A DNA stretch of 64,000 nt, from positions 55,614,001 to 55,678,000 of the forward strand of contig NW_025964223.1 in assembly GCF_023055435.1 (NCBI RefSeq), written 5' to 3'. Position 1 is the first letter of the stretch, and each line of letters opens with the position of its first letter. The translations under genes were made by a program, and so were the position numbers. Below are positions 1-12,908 of this stretch, in pieces. Source of the DNA: Haliotis rufescens. Lineage: Eukaryota. A model generated the notes under the pieces. The model was not told the DNA's origin, ran no database searches, and was given only the letters and a program-made list of their open reading frames with translations.

Positions 1-345
1 AAAATAGAAAACTTTGTAAATCTACAGTATTGTTAATAACCTATGTCCTATACCACCCAAAGTATCAACTATTAGTAGATATGAGTTACGAAATCTGAAC
101 AATATGAATTTGCCACATGCACGAACAGTTACATACCAACGATCATTTATACCTTCTTCAATCAAATTATGGAATGAGTTACCCCCTGAATACAGAAGTG
201 CAACATCATTATCAAATTTTAAACATATGATTAAAACAACCATTGCAGCTCCACCTAGATACTTCTCAACCGGCAACCGAAGAGCTTATATTTTACATAC
301 ACGGCTAAGGCAATCTTGCAGTTCCCTAAATGCAGACCTCTTTAA
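1..345 (+). mobile_element. LINE (CR1/L2-like) ORF2 C-terminal fragment, left of MULE insertion
   Basis: Translation ARTVTYQRSFIPSSIKLWNELP...RYFSTGNRRAYILHTRLRQSCSSLNADLF is typical of the C-terminus of non-LTR ORF2. It continues after 1583. Confidence 0.75.
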
Positions 346-1583
346 AGACACAAGACCTTGCCCCTCCTGACAGCAGACCCCAGATCCAGCTGGAGGAGAA
401 GTACTCCCAGACTGAGGGAGGCGACCGGTTCCTACACTGTGTTAGTGACGACATCCTCATCTTCACTACAGACAAGAACATTGAACATTTGTGTACTGCA
501 GACATTGTATTTTGTGATGGTACATTTTATGCCTGTCCCAAGTTGTTTGATCAGCTTTATTGTTTACATGCTGAGGTGTTTGGCCATATGTTTCCATTAG
601 TTTACTGTTTGTTGTCCAATCGAAAAAAAGAGTGTTATGTCAACATGTTTCAGTACCTATGCGATTTTGCTAGTAGAGGAGGTCTAGAGTTTGCCCCACT
701 TACAATTCAGTTGGACTTTGAACGTGCAGCTCACAATGCTCATGACTGATGTGTTTCCTGGGACATTAGTTAGAGGGTGTTTCTTTCACTTCACCCAATG
801 TATCTGGAGGAGGGTGCAGAAAGAAGGTCTGGTGATGGACTATAAGGAAGATGAGGAGGTGAAGAAGCTGGTGAGAAGAGCTGCTGCCCTTCCTCTAGTA
901 CCTCGTGACAAAGTGGATGATGTGTGGCTTGATGCCATTGCTGACTCTCCTGCTGGCCCTAAAGTGACTGCCTTCATGGACTACGTGACAACCAGTTGGG
1001 TTCAAGGAGGGGCCTTCATGCCAGAGATTTGGAACCATTTCGAAAACCAAGGCCACCTTACCAACAATCACCTGGAAGGGTGGCACAACAGGATAAAGAG
1101 ACCCGATCATCTACGAGGTAGTGAAGCTATTTCAGCGAGAGCAGTCACTCAAAGAGGTTGCAGTCCTGAGACTCTCTCACCAGTGGTCAGAACCTTCACG
1201 AAGAAAGTACAAGGCAATCGATGCACGTATTGCGTCCCTCAAGATCCAGCTCCTGAACCAACACCTGAGTGAGATGGAATATGCTGACCACGTGGGCGAC
1301 CTCCTTCATCTGCAGTCATGACATTAAATCCATTATGATATTCATATGCTATTCATATTCATCAATGTAAAGTTTTGATGAATATGTTATCCTTGTTGAA
1401 TAAAAAATGAGAAAACAAGACTTGTTTTGTTATATACGGTAACCTGTTAGAATCAAAAAGCATGTTTTGACAGCATAGCCGCGAGAGCCACATTATACAA
1501 TCACGCAACCATAACCATTGCCGCGAGAGCCACATCAATTTGGGCTATCTATTTTCGAAATGTGGCTTTGCCGGCCTGTAACC
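346..1583 (+). mobile_element. Mutator-like (MULE) transposon, 5'-truncated, with frameshifted transposase
   Basis: Motifs FCDGTFYACPKLFDQLYCLH, DFE, GCFFHFTQCIWR and TNNHLEGWHNR are split over three frames (330-749, 691-1272, 1121-1321). AATAAA near 1399; terminal ...gccggcctgtaacc at 1583. Confidence 0.85.
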
Positions 1584-2490
1584 AATTTATCTGATACTTT
1601 GTCCTGCTCTTGTGAAAACCCATGTGAAAACAACATACACTTTTTTTTTTGAATGTCCCAATTACACTATTCCCATAAATATCATGTTCGCTAACATTAT
1701 AAAAGCTGGAACTACATGTACAATACAAAATGTTCTCTACAGTGATGTATCCCTAGACGAAAGTCACAATAACCTCATCTTCAACAGCGTTCAAAAATAT
1801 ATACATGTGTACTGTCGACTAATAGATTCGAGTAACCCTTTATCATAAATATAGAATATCGCTCTGCGACCACTTATTATTAATTACGCCATAAGTGTAT
1901 AAACTGCATGCATGTATATGAATACATGGATATCTCTGCCTCCTTCTGTAAGCATAATGTTTACGGGTATGTATATCCTGGTGTATGTGTGTAAATATGT
2001 GTATGTGTATGTATATACATGTATGCATGCGTATACAAGGGTATATGTGTATGTATGTAGTGTGTGTATGTGTGCATATATGTACATGTATATAAGTGTA
2101 TGTATGATTGTGTAATTATATATGTAGTCTTGCATGTATTTTGGATTAATGTGTATATACAAGTAAATTGTGTTTATATAGGCAATTCTTATGTATGTCT
2201 ATGTTATTCTTGCAAACATTATGTTTATGTTCTTATGTAAATACATTTCTCTTTGTTACTATAAATGTAACATGCATATGTATATGTATATGAGTATGTG
2301 TATGTATGTATGTATGAGTATGTATGATTATGTGTATATATGATTATGTGTTTATGTCTGTATTTCTGTATACGTATGTATATGTATGTGTGTATGTATA
2401 TGTGTATATATATGTATAATCAATGTCTTTACATATAGAGTAAGGAAAGGGCCACCTAAGTTGGATAACTTTTGCCCAATCCCGTTGACG
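1584..2490 (+). mobile_element. Continuation of the LINE ORF2 end (Cys/His motif) and (TATG)n-rich 3' tail
   Basis: NLSDTLSCSCENPCENNIHFFFECPNY joins logically to ...LNADLFK at 345. Low-complexity TATG/TG tract at ~1900-2420. Confidence 0.65.
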
Positions 2491-2497
2491 ATATATG

Positions 2498-5200
2498 TCA
2501 ATAAAATATGTTTAAAACAAACATTTCGTTCCCAGCATAGGAGAGTGCCTCTCTAATAAACTCGATATTTTCATCAATATTTGTGAATACGGCATCAACT
2601 GCTTTTTCAACCAGTGATACAAACTTGTCTGAAGCTAGGTTACAAAGAAATATTTCTTCTTTATCAATTCTCCACTTAAATCTTAATGTACTTGCATAAT
2701 TGATATCATCATAACCCTCGATGACTGAGTGAAGCGTACACGTACGTAAAGCCATTGTTAATGGAAAATGTTGCTGACTCGTAACGTGTGTCTATGTCGA
2801 TGTTTTACAGAGTTCAAACATATGTACGGTGGAGATAATATAGTCATTTACGCTTGCCCCTGTGCTACTGATGAATGTATAGTCCCCAATACCAGCGTCA
2901 CTGCCACAACGACCATTCATAATATGAATATTTAAGACAGAGCATAGGTTTAACAAACATTTACCAAACCTATTCAAATAGTATCAACCGAGTATCTCTG
3001 CAAAACAAAATAGTCTATCAAGAAATCCCAAGACGAGTTATCACGCCCTTCAAGATAATCCAAAATGTCGTCTTCCACAAAGTCGGGCTCTGTCCCTGTT
3101 CTGGAGTTAAAATCTGCCCCCCCCCCCAAAAAAAAAAATACATGAAACGTCATCGATTTGATTCAATATATCCAGGAGCTCGTCTTGGAACATCAGTACA
3201 CCATTTCTAGAAGTAGCACATTTATCATAAAAGGTTGAGCCTTCTGGGTGTATATATGCACAACAGTATAGCACATTTGTTACAGTACCAAACAGTAATT
3301 TATCTAATAGAATGTAAATACCACTTTCTTTCAGCCAAGTCCGCTTAATATATTTTTTCAGCTGTTTTCTAACCATAACTATGATACCGCCAGAGAGTCT
3401 CCCTGCTTTTGCTAACTTATCACCTGGCCTATTATAATATAAATAATCAGCCAACTTGTTCTTGAAGTCTAACTTCTGAATCCAAGTCTCTGTGAGGCCT
3501 ACAATGTCAAATGAATATATATATATGAAACAAAGTCACAGTCATCTAATTTAGATTTCAATCCAGATATATTCCAATATAAGAGTTTTATTGTAGGAGA
3601 GTCATCACTTTTTAAATCTTCTGAGTCTTGGTATGGGCCCCGGCCATACCCCTAGGTAGTGCGGTCCTGCTGGCTGCCCCTAGAGCTGGTAGCCTGACTG
3701 CGGGTAGTGGGCCCCGGCCACTCCCCTAGGTAGTGCGGTCCTGCTGGCTGCCCCTAGAGCTGGTAGCCTGACTGCGGGTAGTGGGCCCCGGCCACACCCC
3801 TAGGTAATGCAGTCCCGCTGGCTGCCCCTAGAGCCGGTAGCCTGACTGCGGGTAGTGGGCCCCGGCCACACCCCTAGGTAATGCAGTCCCGCTGGCTGCC
3901 CCTAGAGCCGGTAGCCTGACTGCGGGTAGTGGGCCCCGGCCATACCCCTAGGTAATGCAGTCCCGCTGGCTGCCCCTAGAGCCGGTAGCCTGACTGCGGG
4001 TAGTGGGCCCCGGCCACACCCCTAGGTAATGCAGTCCCGCTGGCTGCCCCTAGAGCCGGTAGCCTGACTGCGGGTAGTGGGGCGCGAACTCCCCTAGTTC
4101 CTTGGTGATTGATTCTGCCAGAGACCCCACCTCTTCTGCCATCCGAGACATTGATTGAAGCATCCGTAACCTGTAACATTGTTTCCACCTTTTATAAAAA
4201 ATAATGTTTAGATTGGTCTTCATCTTTACATTTCTTTAATTCTTTCCTCTGTTTTAAAGTTAAGTCATTGGAAATGCCATATCCCTTTGACCTAAGGGAA
4301 TCTCTCAAACTTAGAGACTTCATCTTATCCTCCCAGTGCACACGTTTAGCGATCACAGGGCGTGGTCTATCCGTGTTAGGTTGTCCTGTTCTATGTGCCC
4401 TCTCAATGTCTCTTGGAACAAACAGATCTATATTATTGGCCTCCTTGGCATTGTTCAACACTTCCAAAGTTTTATTTGCAGATTGCATAGGATTCGCTCG
4501 GTCCCTCTGGAATACCACACAAAATTATATTATTTCTTCGACCCCCTTCTCTCTAGATTCTTTAGACGTATATCAACATTGTCAAAGTTATAATATACAT
4601 CTTCTAGTTTTTGACAGACCGCATCCACATTAAGCCTAATTGTATCTTGTTCTCCCTTGTCCGTGCTCGCTTGATTTCATAAATCTGTGACGTCACACTG
4701 TAATGTTTGTAATTCTTCTTTCACTGAACCAATTTCGGATGCCTTGATTTGTTTAATAATTGCCGATTTCATATCATCCAGATCCTTACTAAATGGGCCA
4801 GGGTTCAATTCAACATCATCTGACAGGTGATATTAGCAACAGAGACCATATACGATCTCTGTTACCAATGATTGATACACAAGGACAAAACAGGCGCAAC
4901 CAACCTCGGTCCGGAATTCGATATGTGGACAAAAGTTCGCAACCCTGATACTGTGTGGTGGATTTGTCGATATATCGCATGTATACTTCATCTTATCTAC
5001 GATGATCGTACCTGAGGTATATATTGAGAGAAGAAGTACTGTGCACAAGAGTAGTCGATAGGCCATGTCAGTCCCGGCTGTCCATTCCGATGTCGTCGAA
5101 TAGGGTCTGATTTTCTCAATCTCCCTGTGTCCTCGGGCCGGTACAAAACATCCGACCTTGGCTCTCCAGACATCTGTCGAGACCCCCATTTTGTCCCAAA
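2498..5200 (-). mobile_element. Degenerate LINE (CR1/L2-like) 5' half: ORF1 plus APE endonuclease
   Basis: ORF1 motifs MGVSTDVWRAKVGCF (start 5189) and ERAHRTG..RPRPVIAK..GISNDLT (4192-4518). Endonuclease motifs FDIVGLTETW, RLSGGII, YIHPEGS, NRFGKCLLNLC..NGR, YTFISSTGASVNDYII, with many frameshifts. Confidence 0.85.
3635..4081. repeat. GC-rich minisatellite, 74-bp unit x6, between LINE ORF1 and ORF2
   Basis: gggccccggcc recurs at 3635, 3709, 3783, 3857, 3931 and 4005. Confidence 0.95.
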
Positions 5201-5289
5201 GTGCTTGATTAGGTTGGCCTAGGCTCCGAACTCAATATTTTTCTTTTTTTTTACGAGAGACAAAGCGAGATGCAACCACTCCCCAAGGG

Positions 5290-5525
5290 AGCTAACTATG
5301 GACGTTTTGCATAGTATGATTAAACACAAATAACTGTATCTTAGGTATACCTTTAGATGCAAGACATTTGTAAAATCAAAAATTATTCGTGAGGGATTCT
5401 TTGACCGAAGAACTTGAAGTCATACGCGCATTCTGACTGGTTTGTCGTATTTTCGCACATAACATTCATCGATAGGAGGACGAGTCTTCTTGCAGGTTAC
5501 GGAATGGGGCGAGTGGTGACGAATG
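5290..5525 (+). repeat. Dispersed ~230-bp repeat (copy at ~46360-46585 +, diverged copy at ~21990-22150 -)
   Basis: Shared gggattctttgac..gaagaacttgaa.tcatacgcgcattctga.tggtttgtcgtattttcgcacataacattcatcgatagg..gacgagtcttcttgcaggttacggaa. Confidence 0.8.
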
Positions 5526-7383
5526 TCTACCCCGCCGCCCCTGGTACAACTGAAACACTGTTGGAAGAGCTGCTCAGCCTTACTGACTCATACTTCCGAA
5601 TTTATCGAAAACGTCCTTATGAATTCAGTATATGACGATGTGACAACTCCATTTTATCACTCCATATTTCTGTTGAATATAAACTGGTGATAATGAAGTA
5701 ATAGATCATAATGTTTTTAATTCAGTTGGTTGACCTCACGCTACATGAAACTGGTGATGCTCAGGGGAAATACAACTAGACCGCGGTTTAAACTGGAAAT
5801 CCCTGTAACAGCTATTTACTGCAGCCAAACTTCCTAGATCAGTCATGAATCGGGGTTTTGCCTTTCCGGTTTAATCCCGTTGTGACCTTTCGTGTATTTA
5901 TCACATCCCGTGGCCTGTGATGTCTTTGTCGTAGTTTCTAGAATGTGTGATTAACGTGAAGGGGGAACAATGTGGTTCAGTCGATGTGCAGATCATATGG
6001 TTGCCGAAAACCTATGATCGTCGTTCGAATCCCGGTTCAACAAAACCGGGTCTTGGTTTATTTGGACCATGCCCTTGATTGTGATAAAGTGGTAAACGCC
6101 TGAGATCATCACTTCGGGCTTTCTTGTCATATCATGCAGTCACGCCGATATAACTGGAATATTGTTCAACGCGGCGTTTAACACAATTAACTCACTCACT
6201 AAATGTGACGCAAACCGATAGATGATGGCATCCCTTCTTCATGAGATGAAAATGATACACAACTATAAATGACTTTGTTCTGGCAAATTGGCAATCTAGG
6301 CAAGTTAGACGCAATTTTAAGTTAACTTATAGTCTCAATACACAGAGGACATATCTCAGTTTTATACATAATGCTAAATACAACGTCTGATTGAATCCGG
6401 GGTCGCCCAGTCGTTTTGGGCGCCGCAGAGTTGTGCCAGAAACTAAGGTCTAGGCCGAGACTAATGATCGATGAATGACTAAAGTCTGAAACCTCGCTTT
6501 GAAATCCATTAATAGTGCAATTACGTTTCGCCATGTCATCACTATCATGACTGAAGCTAGGTTTGAAGGAGGGTAGCCTATTTTTCACTGAGAACATATT
6601 CAACATGGACATGTCTTTTTGCCAAGGTGTAAAGATACGACCCAATCGTCCAAGGCGCCGAAATTCGCAGTGCAGAGTTGTACCCCTTGAACGTACAAGG
6701 ATCCTAAAATCCTGGATTCGAAGCCACGATTCCTCTGGTTATGACCCTTGCTTGGATGGAGTTTCGTCCTTGGTGGGTTCCGTCAAGAGGTGAAGAGGCG
6801 TCGCTTTGTGTCCCCTACAGTACATGGGGGTCAAGATGTAATGCTAACCAAAGAAGCCTTTACCCCAAGCTGAAATTTTGACAACAATTTTTTGTTGAAT
6901 TACAACATTAGAATAAACGTTAAACAAACCTCTCTCGCTATCCTGCTCCGGTTTTATCTCAAATATATGACACTAGCAGTTACACCTGATTATACACGTG
7001 TACGTTTTCAATACATTGTAAAACATGTGTTAAGAATGTACACACTTACAAGACTTTAGGTTTAAACAAATTTTAACATGTGTTTAAATCCTAAACGGAA
7101 TACTCATTTAGTGTTTACTATCTAAACATGTTTAGGGTCTAAACATGAAATGTCTCTCAGGCTAAACACCACCTTAACACAACATCCCCATAGTATGAAC
7201 AAGTTTAGAATCTAAACATGTTTATGACAAAATGCACATCAATGTTTATTATCCTAATAATCTTAACATGTTTAGAATTGAAACATGTTTCATAGAGTGC
7301 ATAACACTGGGCATTAAATCAAATATGGATAAGAGATAAACACGTCCCATTTTTATTCTGTAAACCTATTTGTCAATATATAT

Positions 7384-7662
7384 TGAGTGAGTGAGTTTGG
7401 TTTAACGCCGCTTTTAACAGTATTACAGTTATATCGCGGCGTGTCAGCTTAATGTGGGAGGGAAGCCCGAAGTGATGCAGGTCTCAGACGTTTACCACTT
7501 CGGGGAAACCCACGAGCACGGGTTTGGTGCTGACAAACCTAGAAACATGATCGGGGCGAACCGGGATTCGAACCCACAATCATAGGTTTCTGGCGTGCCC
7601 AAGGGACGCAACTCTGCACAGCGAATCGCGGCGCCTTAGACGACTGGGCCACCCGTGCCCCC
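7384..7662 (-). mobile_element. SINE family 1 (tRNA head, V-domain-like core, (ACTC)n tail)
   Basis: Box A/B (ggcccagtcgtctaagg; ggttcgaatccc), core gggtttc..cgggctttcctcccaca, TSD CAATATATAT (7374-7383/7663-7672). Confidence 0.9.
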
Positions 7663-7988
7663 CAATATATATCGAAATTAGATGTGCAAATCAGATTCAC
7701 AGGCACTTGTATAACACAGGTACCACCAGGTCTTACAAAGAACTTGTACAATATCAACATTTACAAATAAACCAAGTTAAGGTGATGATGACTAGGAAAA
7801 ATGACAGGTGCGAAGACAACCGTCTTCAAAGCAGAGTGACGTCAGGAGGTGCGGGTTCGTATCCCGCCGAGGTTTTAATAGTGTTATTATACAGGGAGTT
7901 GACAATGAAATTATACCTGATTGCTACGTATGTGATAGACCCCATATTTTTTAAATTTACCTCCATTCTTCTATATCCCCATTATTTG

Positions 7989-8140
7989 AGGGACGGTGGG
8001 GTAGCCCGGTGGGTAAAGCGTTCGCTCGTCACGCCCAAGACCCGGTTTCTATTCCCCCTGGTACAATGTGTGAATATTTCCCCACCGTGATATTGATGGA
8101 ATATTGCTCAAAGCGGCGTAACACTATACTCACTCAGCCA
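7989..8140 (+). mobile_element. SINE family 2 (short tRNA-derived)
   Basis: ggggcggtggggtagcc..gtgg.taaagcgttcgctcgtcacgcc head and the shared atattgct..aaagcggcgtaa..actcactca tail. Confidence 0.8.
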
Positions 8141-9070
8141 CCCTACTATATGCTGAAAAAAGAAATATATAGAAGGCGCCCCTTTATTAAACTACCTACA
8201 ATGAATTTCAAAAGGGGAATACGAAGTTTTCCCACAATCAAACCCTGAACACGTTTATCTGTAAAACACAGTCTTAAATATGTTGTGACCGTAAACGCAT
8301 CAAGGGTATAGGACAAGAAATGATTTAGGTCTGTGTTTAGGATCTAAACATCTAAACACACATTTACAGTGCAGTCTTTCCGTTATATCACGGCGTTTCA
8401 GTTTGATGTGGGAGGGAAAAGATGCATTAGAGTTGTATTGAAATGTGAAATTAGAGCAATTGTTTATTGTGAAATAATTAAACTCCAAATCAACATGAAA
8501 TATATTTGAAGTTTTGTATATGTATCATAGTAATCCACGAAAACATAACATTGACTCTCAAATAAATAAATAAAATATTAAGGTGAGAAATCAGTTCCAG
8601 AGTCGATTGTACGATTCCAATTTTATCATGAGCATGTGCTTATGAATCACCATCAAATAGTGATGTCTCCAGGTGTTCGCAAAAAGGTGAGCGTATCCTG
8701 CCCCACCAGGGGCACCGGTCCGGGGTAAATACTAAAAGTATTAGTATTCGTTAGCACATACAATATTTGATCAGTTGATTATTCATATACGCCAATTGCT
8801 TGTATACAGTATGGTTAAGGTTACTCCACATCATATCACGGGTCGTGCAGCCACCCACCCACACTACCCCCCGCCCTCACCTAACCCTTCCCCACCCCAC
8901 CCCACCCCACCCCCCGCCCCAACCCACCTCTCCCTCCCCGTTTTGCTACTTTGAAATAAGGGAACTTCGTCTCACAGTTAATACATATACTGCACTCTCT
9001 TCTAAATCCCAGTTTGATCAGTAAACTACTTCCTTCTTCATATGTGGATATATACCGAGAGTGATTCGTG

Positions 9071-9141
9071 AGACGTCAGTCGGTGCGCTCTCCTGAATGC
9101 GTGCGTGTATTTAACTGCAGCTTTGTATATCACATCTAACG
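9071..9141 (+). promoter_or_regulatory. Putative gene A core promoter and short non-coding exon 1
   Basis: CRE-like AGACGTCA 9071-9078, TATA-like TATTTAA ~9108-9114, donor G|GTATGT at 9141/9142. Matches the layout of paralogs C, D and E, but the exon would be very short. Confidence 0.4.
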
Positions 9142-9383
9142 GTATGTATAACACCATGTACTATTTAACATAGGCGAACCTGTTTCAGAACTACACACTT
9201 AACACAATGAAATGTCATTGATTATTATTTCAAACATTATTTGTCATCATTGAGTTTACGGACCAGTTCATATGGTTTCATCTAGAAGGCGTTCTTATTT
9301 GTTTGTTTATCAATACATTTAAAATATTACATTATTTTGTCTTAGGGAATAATGCAGAAATTATATATTTCAGTTCAATCAGG

Positions 9384-12108
9384 ATGAAAGGTCTGAGCAG
9401 CTGTCTGCCCATGTGTCTGTGTCTTGCTGTCTGTCTGCAGATTATCTGCGGGGAAGATACCCAGCAAGTTGACACGCCTCTGTCCCGACAAAAGAGGTTT
9501 GACTTTGACTTTGACAAAATATTAAAGGGTTTGAAGACGGCAGGCACCTTCGTAAAGACGGCCACCAACCTTCTTGGCCAAGGGAATTCAACGTTTGGAA
9601 GATTTATTAATAGGCTCCCCTTCTTGGATCTGCCAGATGCCAAAAGCATTTTAGGCCGATTTGATGACATGATGAAGAAAGAGGCCATGACGCCAGTTCA
9701 GATGGACCTCGCCCACCAGTTGATGGACGCCCTTAATCATACAATCTCGCTAAAGGAGCAGTTCGAGGAAAGTAGCGGTACGTTATTAACGAGAACACTC
9801 ACTTTCGTTACAGCGGACACGTCTATAGGGGCATTAAAATGCTGCTGGGATGTGGTTCTGGTGTATGGGGGAAGTCATTATGCTGAAGTGGACTGATCGC
9901 TAGCCCAGTAGGTATAGCTTGTGCCGAAGTGTCCGGCTCGATTCGATAGATACATGTACATGCCACTTCCAATGTGGTATTGCTGGCATATTGTATAGGC
10001 CATTCTCACTCAAATACAACTTACGTGGGAGGACACATGGTCGGCAACCCTATCTCAGTTTAACAGTTTCTCGTCTCATGAATGACAACTAGTAGTTATT
10101 TTTCTCGTACAATTTACTTTCAAGTACAGATTAAAGTACATTGAATGCGACTGTAAGTTTAAGATAAAATAATTGGTACTTGTCTGGTTGGACTTCATGC
10201 AAAACTATTTTTAAGTACAAAGCAATTATGTTTTACACACCGAATCAGTAGTTTAAACCCGGATACTCTCAGAGCAACCGTCTCTGATAGTTGAAGTCTA
10301 AAAGGCAATAGGTTCAAGTGAGAAAGAAGCTGGTGAGCGAACGCTAACCACATGGCCACATCCCCGACTGACACAAAGACGTTTATTGATGTCACAGGTG
10401 ATCGTGGATGACCCAGTGCAAAGTTGCGCCCCTTAGATATATATGTAGGGATCGTATGGTTATAGTCAGTAACGTAGCTGATATTGTATCCTTAAATTGC
10501 TCATGTCATCACCCACTAGATCGACTGATCCTGTCACGAGTACTTACAAGCTTCCGTGATAGGTGAAAGGTTGCGGCGAAGGCGTGAACACACTCAGTTG
10601 CTGTAAACCAGGAAGAAAACCATTTGTATTGATGGGGCGGTGGGGTAGTCTAGTGGTTAAAGCGTTTGCTCGTCACGCCGAAGACCCGGGTTCGATTCTC
10701 AACATGGGTACAAATTGTGAAGCCCATTTCTGGGCCCACTTGCACAAAGCGATCTTAGCGCTAAGAAGGTCGTAACTCCCATACTTTAACATAGGCTTAC
10801 GATAGTCTTAGCGCTAAGATCGCTTTGTGCAAGTGGACCCTGGTGTCATCCGCCGTGATATTGCTGGAATATTGCTAAAAGCGGCGTAAAGCCACACTTA
10901 CTCACTCACTTCTGTTGATTACAGAACATTGTTCTTGTACCTCAGGGGGCACGGGTGGCCCAGTCGTCCAAGGCGCCGCGATTCGCTGTGCAGAGTTGCG
11001 TCCCTTGGGCACGCCAGAAACCTATGATTGTGGGTTCGAATCCCGGTTCGCCCCGATTATGTTTAAAGGTTTGTCAGCACCATACCCGTGCTCGTGGGTT
11101 TCATCGAAGTGGTAAACGTCTGAGACCTGCATCACTTCGGGCTTTCCTCCCACACGCCGTGATTTAACTGGAATATTGTTCAAAGCGGCGTTAAACCCAA
11201 CTCACTCACTCATTCACATTCTTGTACCTCAACATGTTCTTGACCATGTCGTATTATTCCATTTCCTGTTCTTGTAAATGCAACAGTACTCTTCTTGTTC
11301 AGTTTCTGCTCCTGTTCTATTTTGTTCTTGTTGACCTCCTGATTCAAGAGCCTGTTTCCCCGCTGTCTTTCTTGTTTACTTTCACACTGTTCTTGGTCTC
11401 TTTCCTGCTCTTGTTCTTGACCTTGATCTTTTTGTTTCTGATTCTGTTGTACCTCCTCTCGCTCTAAGTCGTAGACTACATGCTATTTGTATATATTTGT
11501 TTATCGTCTTCAGGTCAGAAACAATTCGATTTGGTCAGTCTGTTGGCGGGACTAAGGACTGCCGGCACTGTGACAAAGACCATCACCAACGTCCTCGGCT
11601 TCAGAAACTCCGCTTTCGGAAGGTTCGTCAACCAGGTGCCTTTCTTGGACGTACCTGATGCCAAGAACGTCCTTGAACATGTGGAGAACATGATGAAGAC
11701 AGAAAAGATGTCAGAGGTCAAGATGGACCACGCCCATCAGCTGATGGAGGCTCTGGAATACTCCATCCAGATGAAGGAACAACTAGGAGAGGGCAGTGGT
11801 AAGTTCTCTTTCAACCAGGTGTAACTTAAATATTGTCCAAGAAGGAGTTAAACCCACTCAGGAGTAATTGATTGGCCTAAAGAGATTATCGAACTTTGTT
11901 GTCTATAGGAACTTTTGGTTAGAAAGTAGTCTTGCAGTCAGAGAGTTAAATTACGCAGCAAGCTTTAAATGAATATCTGCTGATGAGTTTACTATTTGTT
12001 TAAATAAATTCGTGCATGGGTTTGTGTGTTTCAGGTTCGTCAACATTGCTGCAGACATCGACCTTGATGATGCTGCCGGTCATGTGTGCAGTGAAATTTA
12101 CCATATAA
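9384..12108 (+). CDS. Gene A, join(9384..9777,11514..11798,12035..12108), 250-aa precursor: signal peptide, RQKR site, two helical domains, GPI-signal-like tail
   Basis: Acceptor tttcag at 9373, then MKGLSSCLPMCLCLAVCLQIICG...LSRQKR|FDFDFDKILKGLKT. Phase-1 donors at 9778 (GTACGT) and 11799 (GTAAGT); acceptors at 11513 and 12034. Last exon GSSTLLQTSTLMMLPVMCAVKFTI*. Total 753 nt in frame; AATAAA at 12284. Confidence 0.85.
10633..10910 (+). mobile_element. SINE family 2 interrupted by a MITE
   Basis: Family-2 head and tail flank the insertion at 10733-10839. Confidence 0.85.
10733..10839. mobile_element. 107-bp MITE, PIF/Harbinger-like
   Basis: ~34-bp TIR ggcccacttgcacaaagcgatcttagcgctaaga and 3-bp TSD CTG (10730-10732/10840-10842) in the SINE target ttctggtgtc. 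Confidence 0.85.
10945..11218 (+). mobile_element. SINE family 1, full length
   Basis: 13-bp TSD TTCTTGTACCTCA (10932-10944/11219-11231). Confidence 0.92.
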
Positions 12109-12539
12109 ATGTGTGGACAAGCATGTTGCCGGGGACTAATTGCTCATGATCAAATTCTCTTTGAGTTGCGTCCCCTCATCTGTGCCAGGATCGGCTTGTC
12201 GATTCACGGAAGAGCTCCTATTATTATCCTCGCCACCATATCTTATAGTAATCGTCTCGGTGTCCGCGCTCTGATATAATTGAAATAAAACTATTTCTCA
12301 AACGTTGTACTTGTTTAATTCACTATATCACAACTGCCACAGGGTGTGCTGGGGGCAGTGTCGACCCTCACTGTGAGCGCTAGCCCAGTGCCTGGCCTCT
12401 GCGTGTGTACGCTCTCTACTAGTGAATGAGTAGGTGAGTGTTCTTTAACACCCTAGTCAGCAATAGTCCAACTGTACCTTTAAGTAACCGTGCGTGCGTG
12501 TGTGCGTGCTTGCGTGCGTGCGTGCGTGCGTGCGTGTTT

Positions 12540-12742
12540 TGTACCTTGGGTGCGCCAGAAACCTATGATCTTGGATTCGCCCAACTTGTTTCTAGGTTTG
12601 TCAGCACCACACCCGTGCTCGTGGGTTTTACCGAGGTGGTAAACGCCTGAAACCTGCACAAACAACACCGGGTTTCCTCCCACGTTAAGATGACACATTT
12701 AGCGGCGCTGTAAGTGACGTTTAACCCAACTCACTCACTCAC
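12540..12742 (+). mobile_element. SINE family 1, 5'-truncated
   Basis: ccttgggtgcgccagaaacctatgat...ttcctcccac...aactcactcactca. Confidence 0.8.
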
Positions 12743-12780
12743 ACGTCGTAGGGGTAAGACTACACTCCGTCAACCAAAAG

Positions 12781-12908
12781 NNNNNNNNNNNNNNNNNNNN
12801 NNNNNNNNNNNNNNNNNNNNNNNNNNNNNNNNNNNNNNNNNNNNNNNNNNNNNNNNNNNNNNNNNNNNNNNNNNNNNNNNNNNNNNNNNNNNNNNNNNNN
12901 NNNNNNNN
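12781..12908. other. Assembly gap (other gaps at 19794-19936, 47144-47272, 53200-53518)
   Basis: Runs of N. Confidence 1.

Noticed and set aside
3635-4081. GC-rich repeat as a CRISPR array or coding repeat
   Set aside because: It is a contiguous 74-bp tandem unit (not a multiple of 3) inside a LINE.
9303-9383. ORF-track N-terminal extensions and read-through C-termini for A, F, G and others
   Set aside because: They run through splice acceptors or donors. The true starts follow the AG (9384, 49815, 62926), and the C-termini of A-F lie on separate exons.
10633-10705. tRNA genes (also at 26390-26460, 46996-47060 and others)
   Set aside because: The tRNA-like sequences continue into SINE bodies with tails and TSDs, so they are SINE heads.
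11222-11467. 81-aa hydrophobic 'membrane protein' ORF
   Set aside because: It is a by-product of a pyrimidine-rich intronic tract and starts in a SINE TSD.
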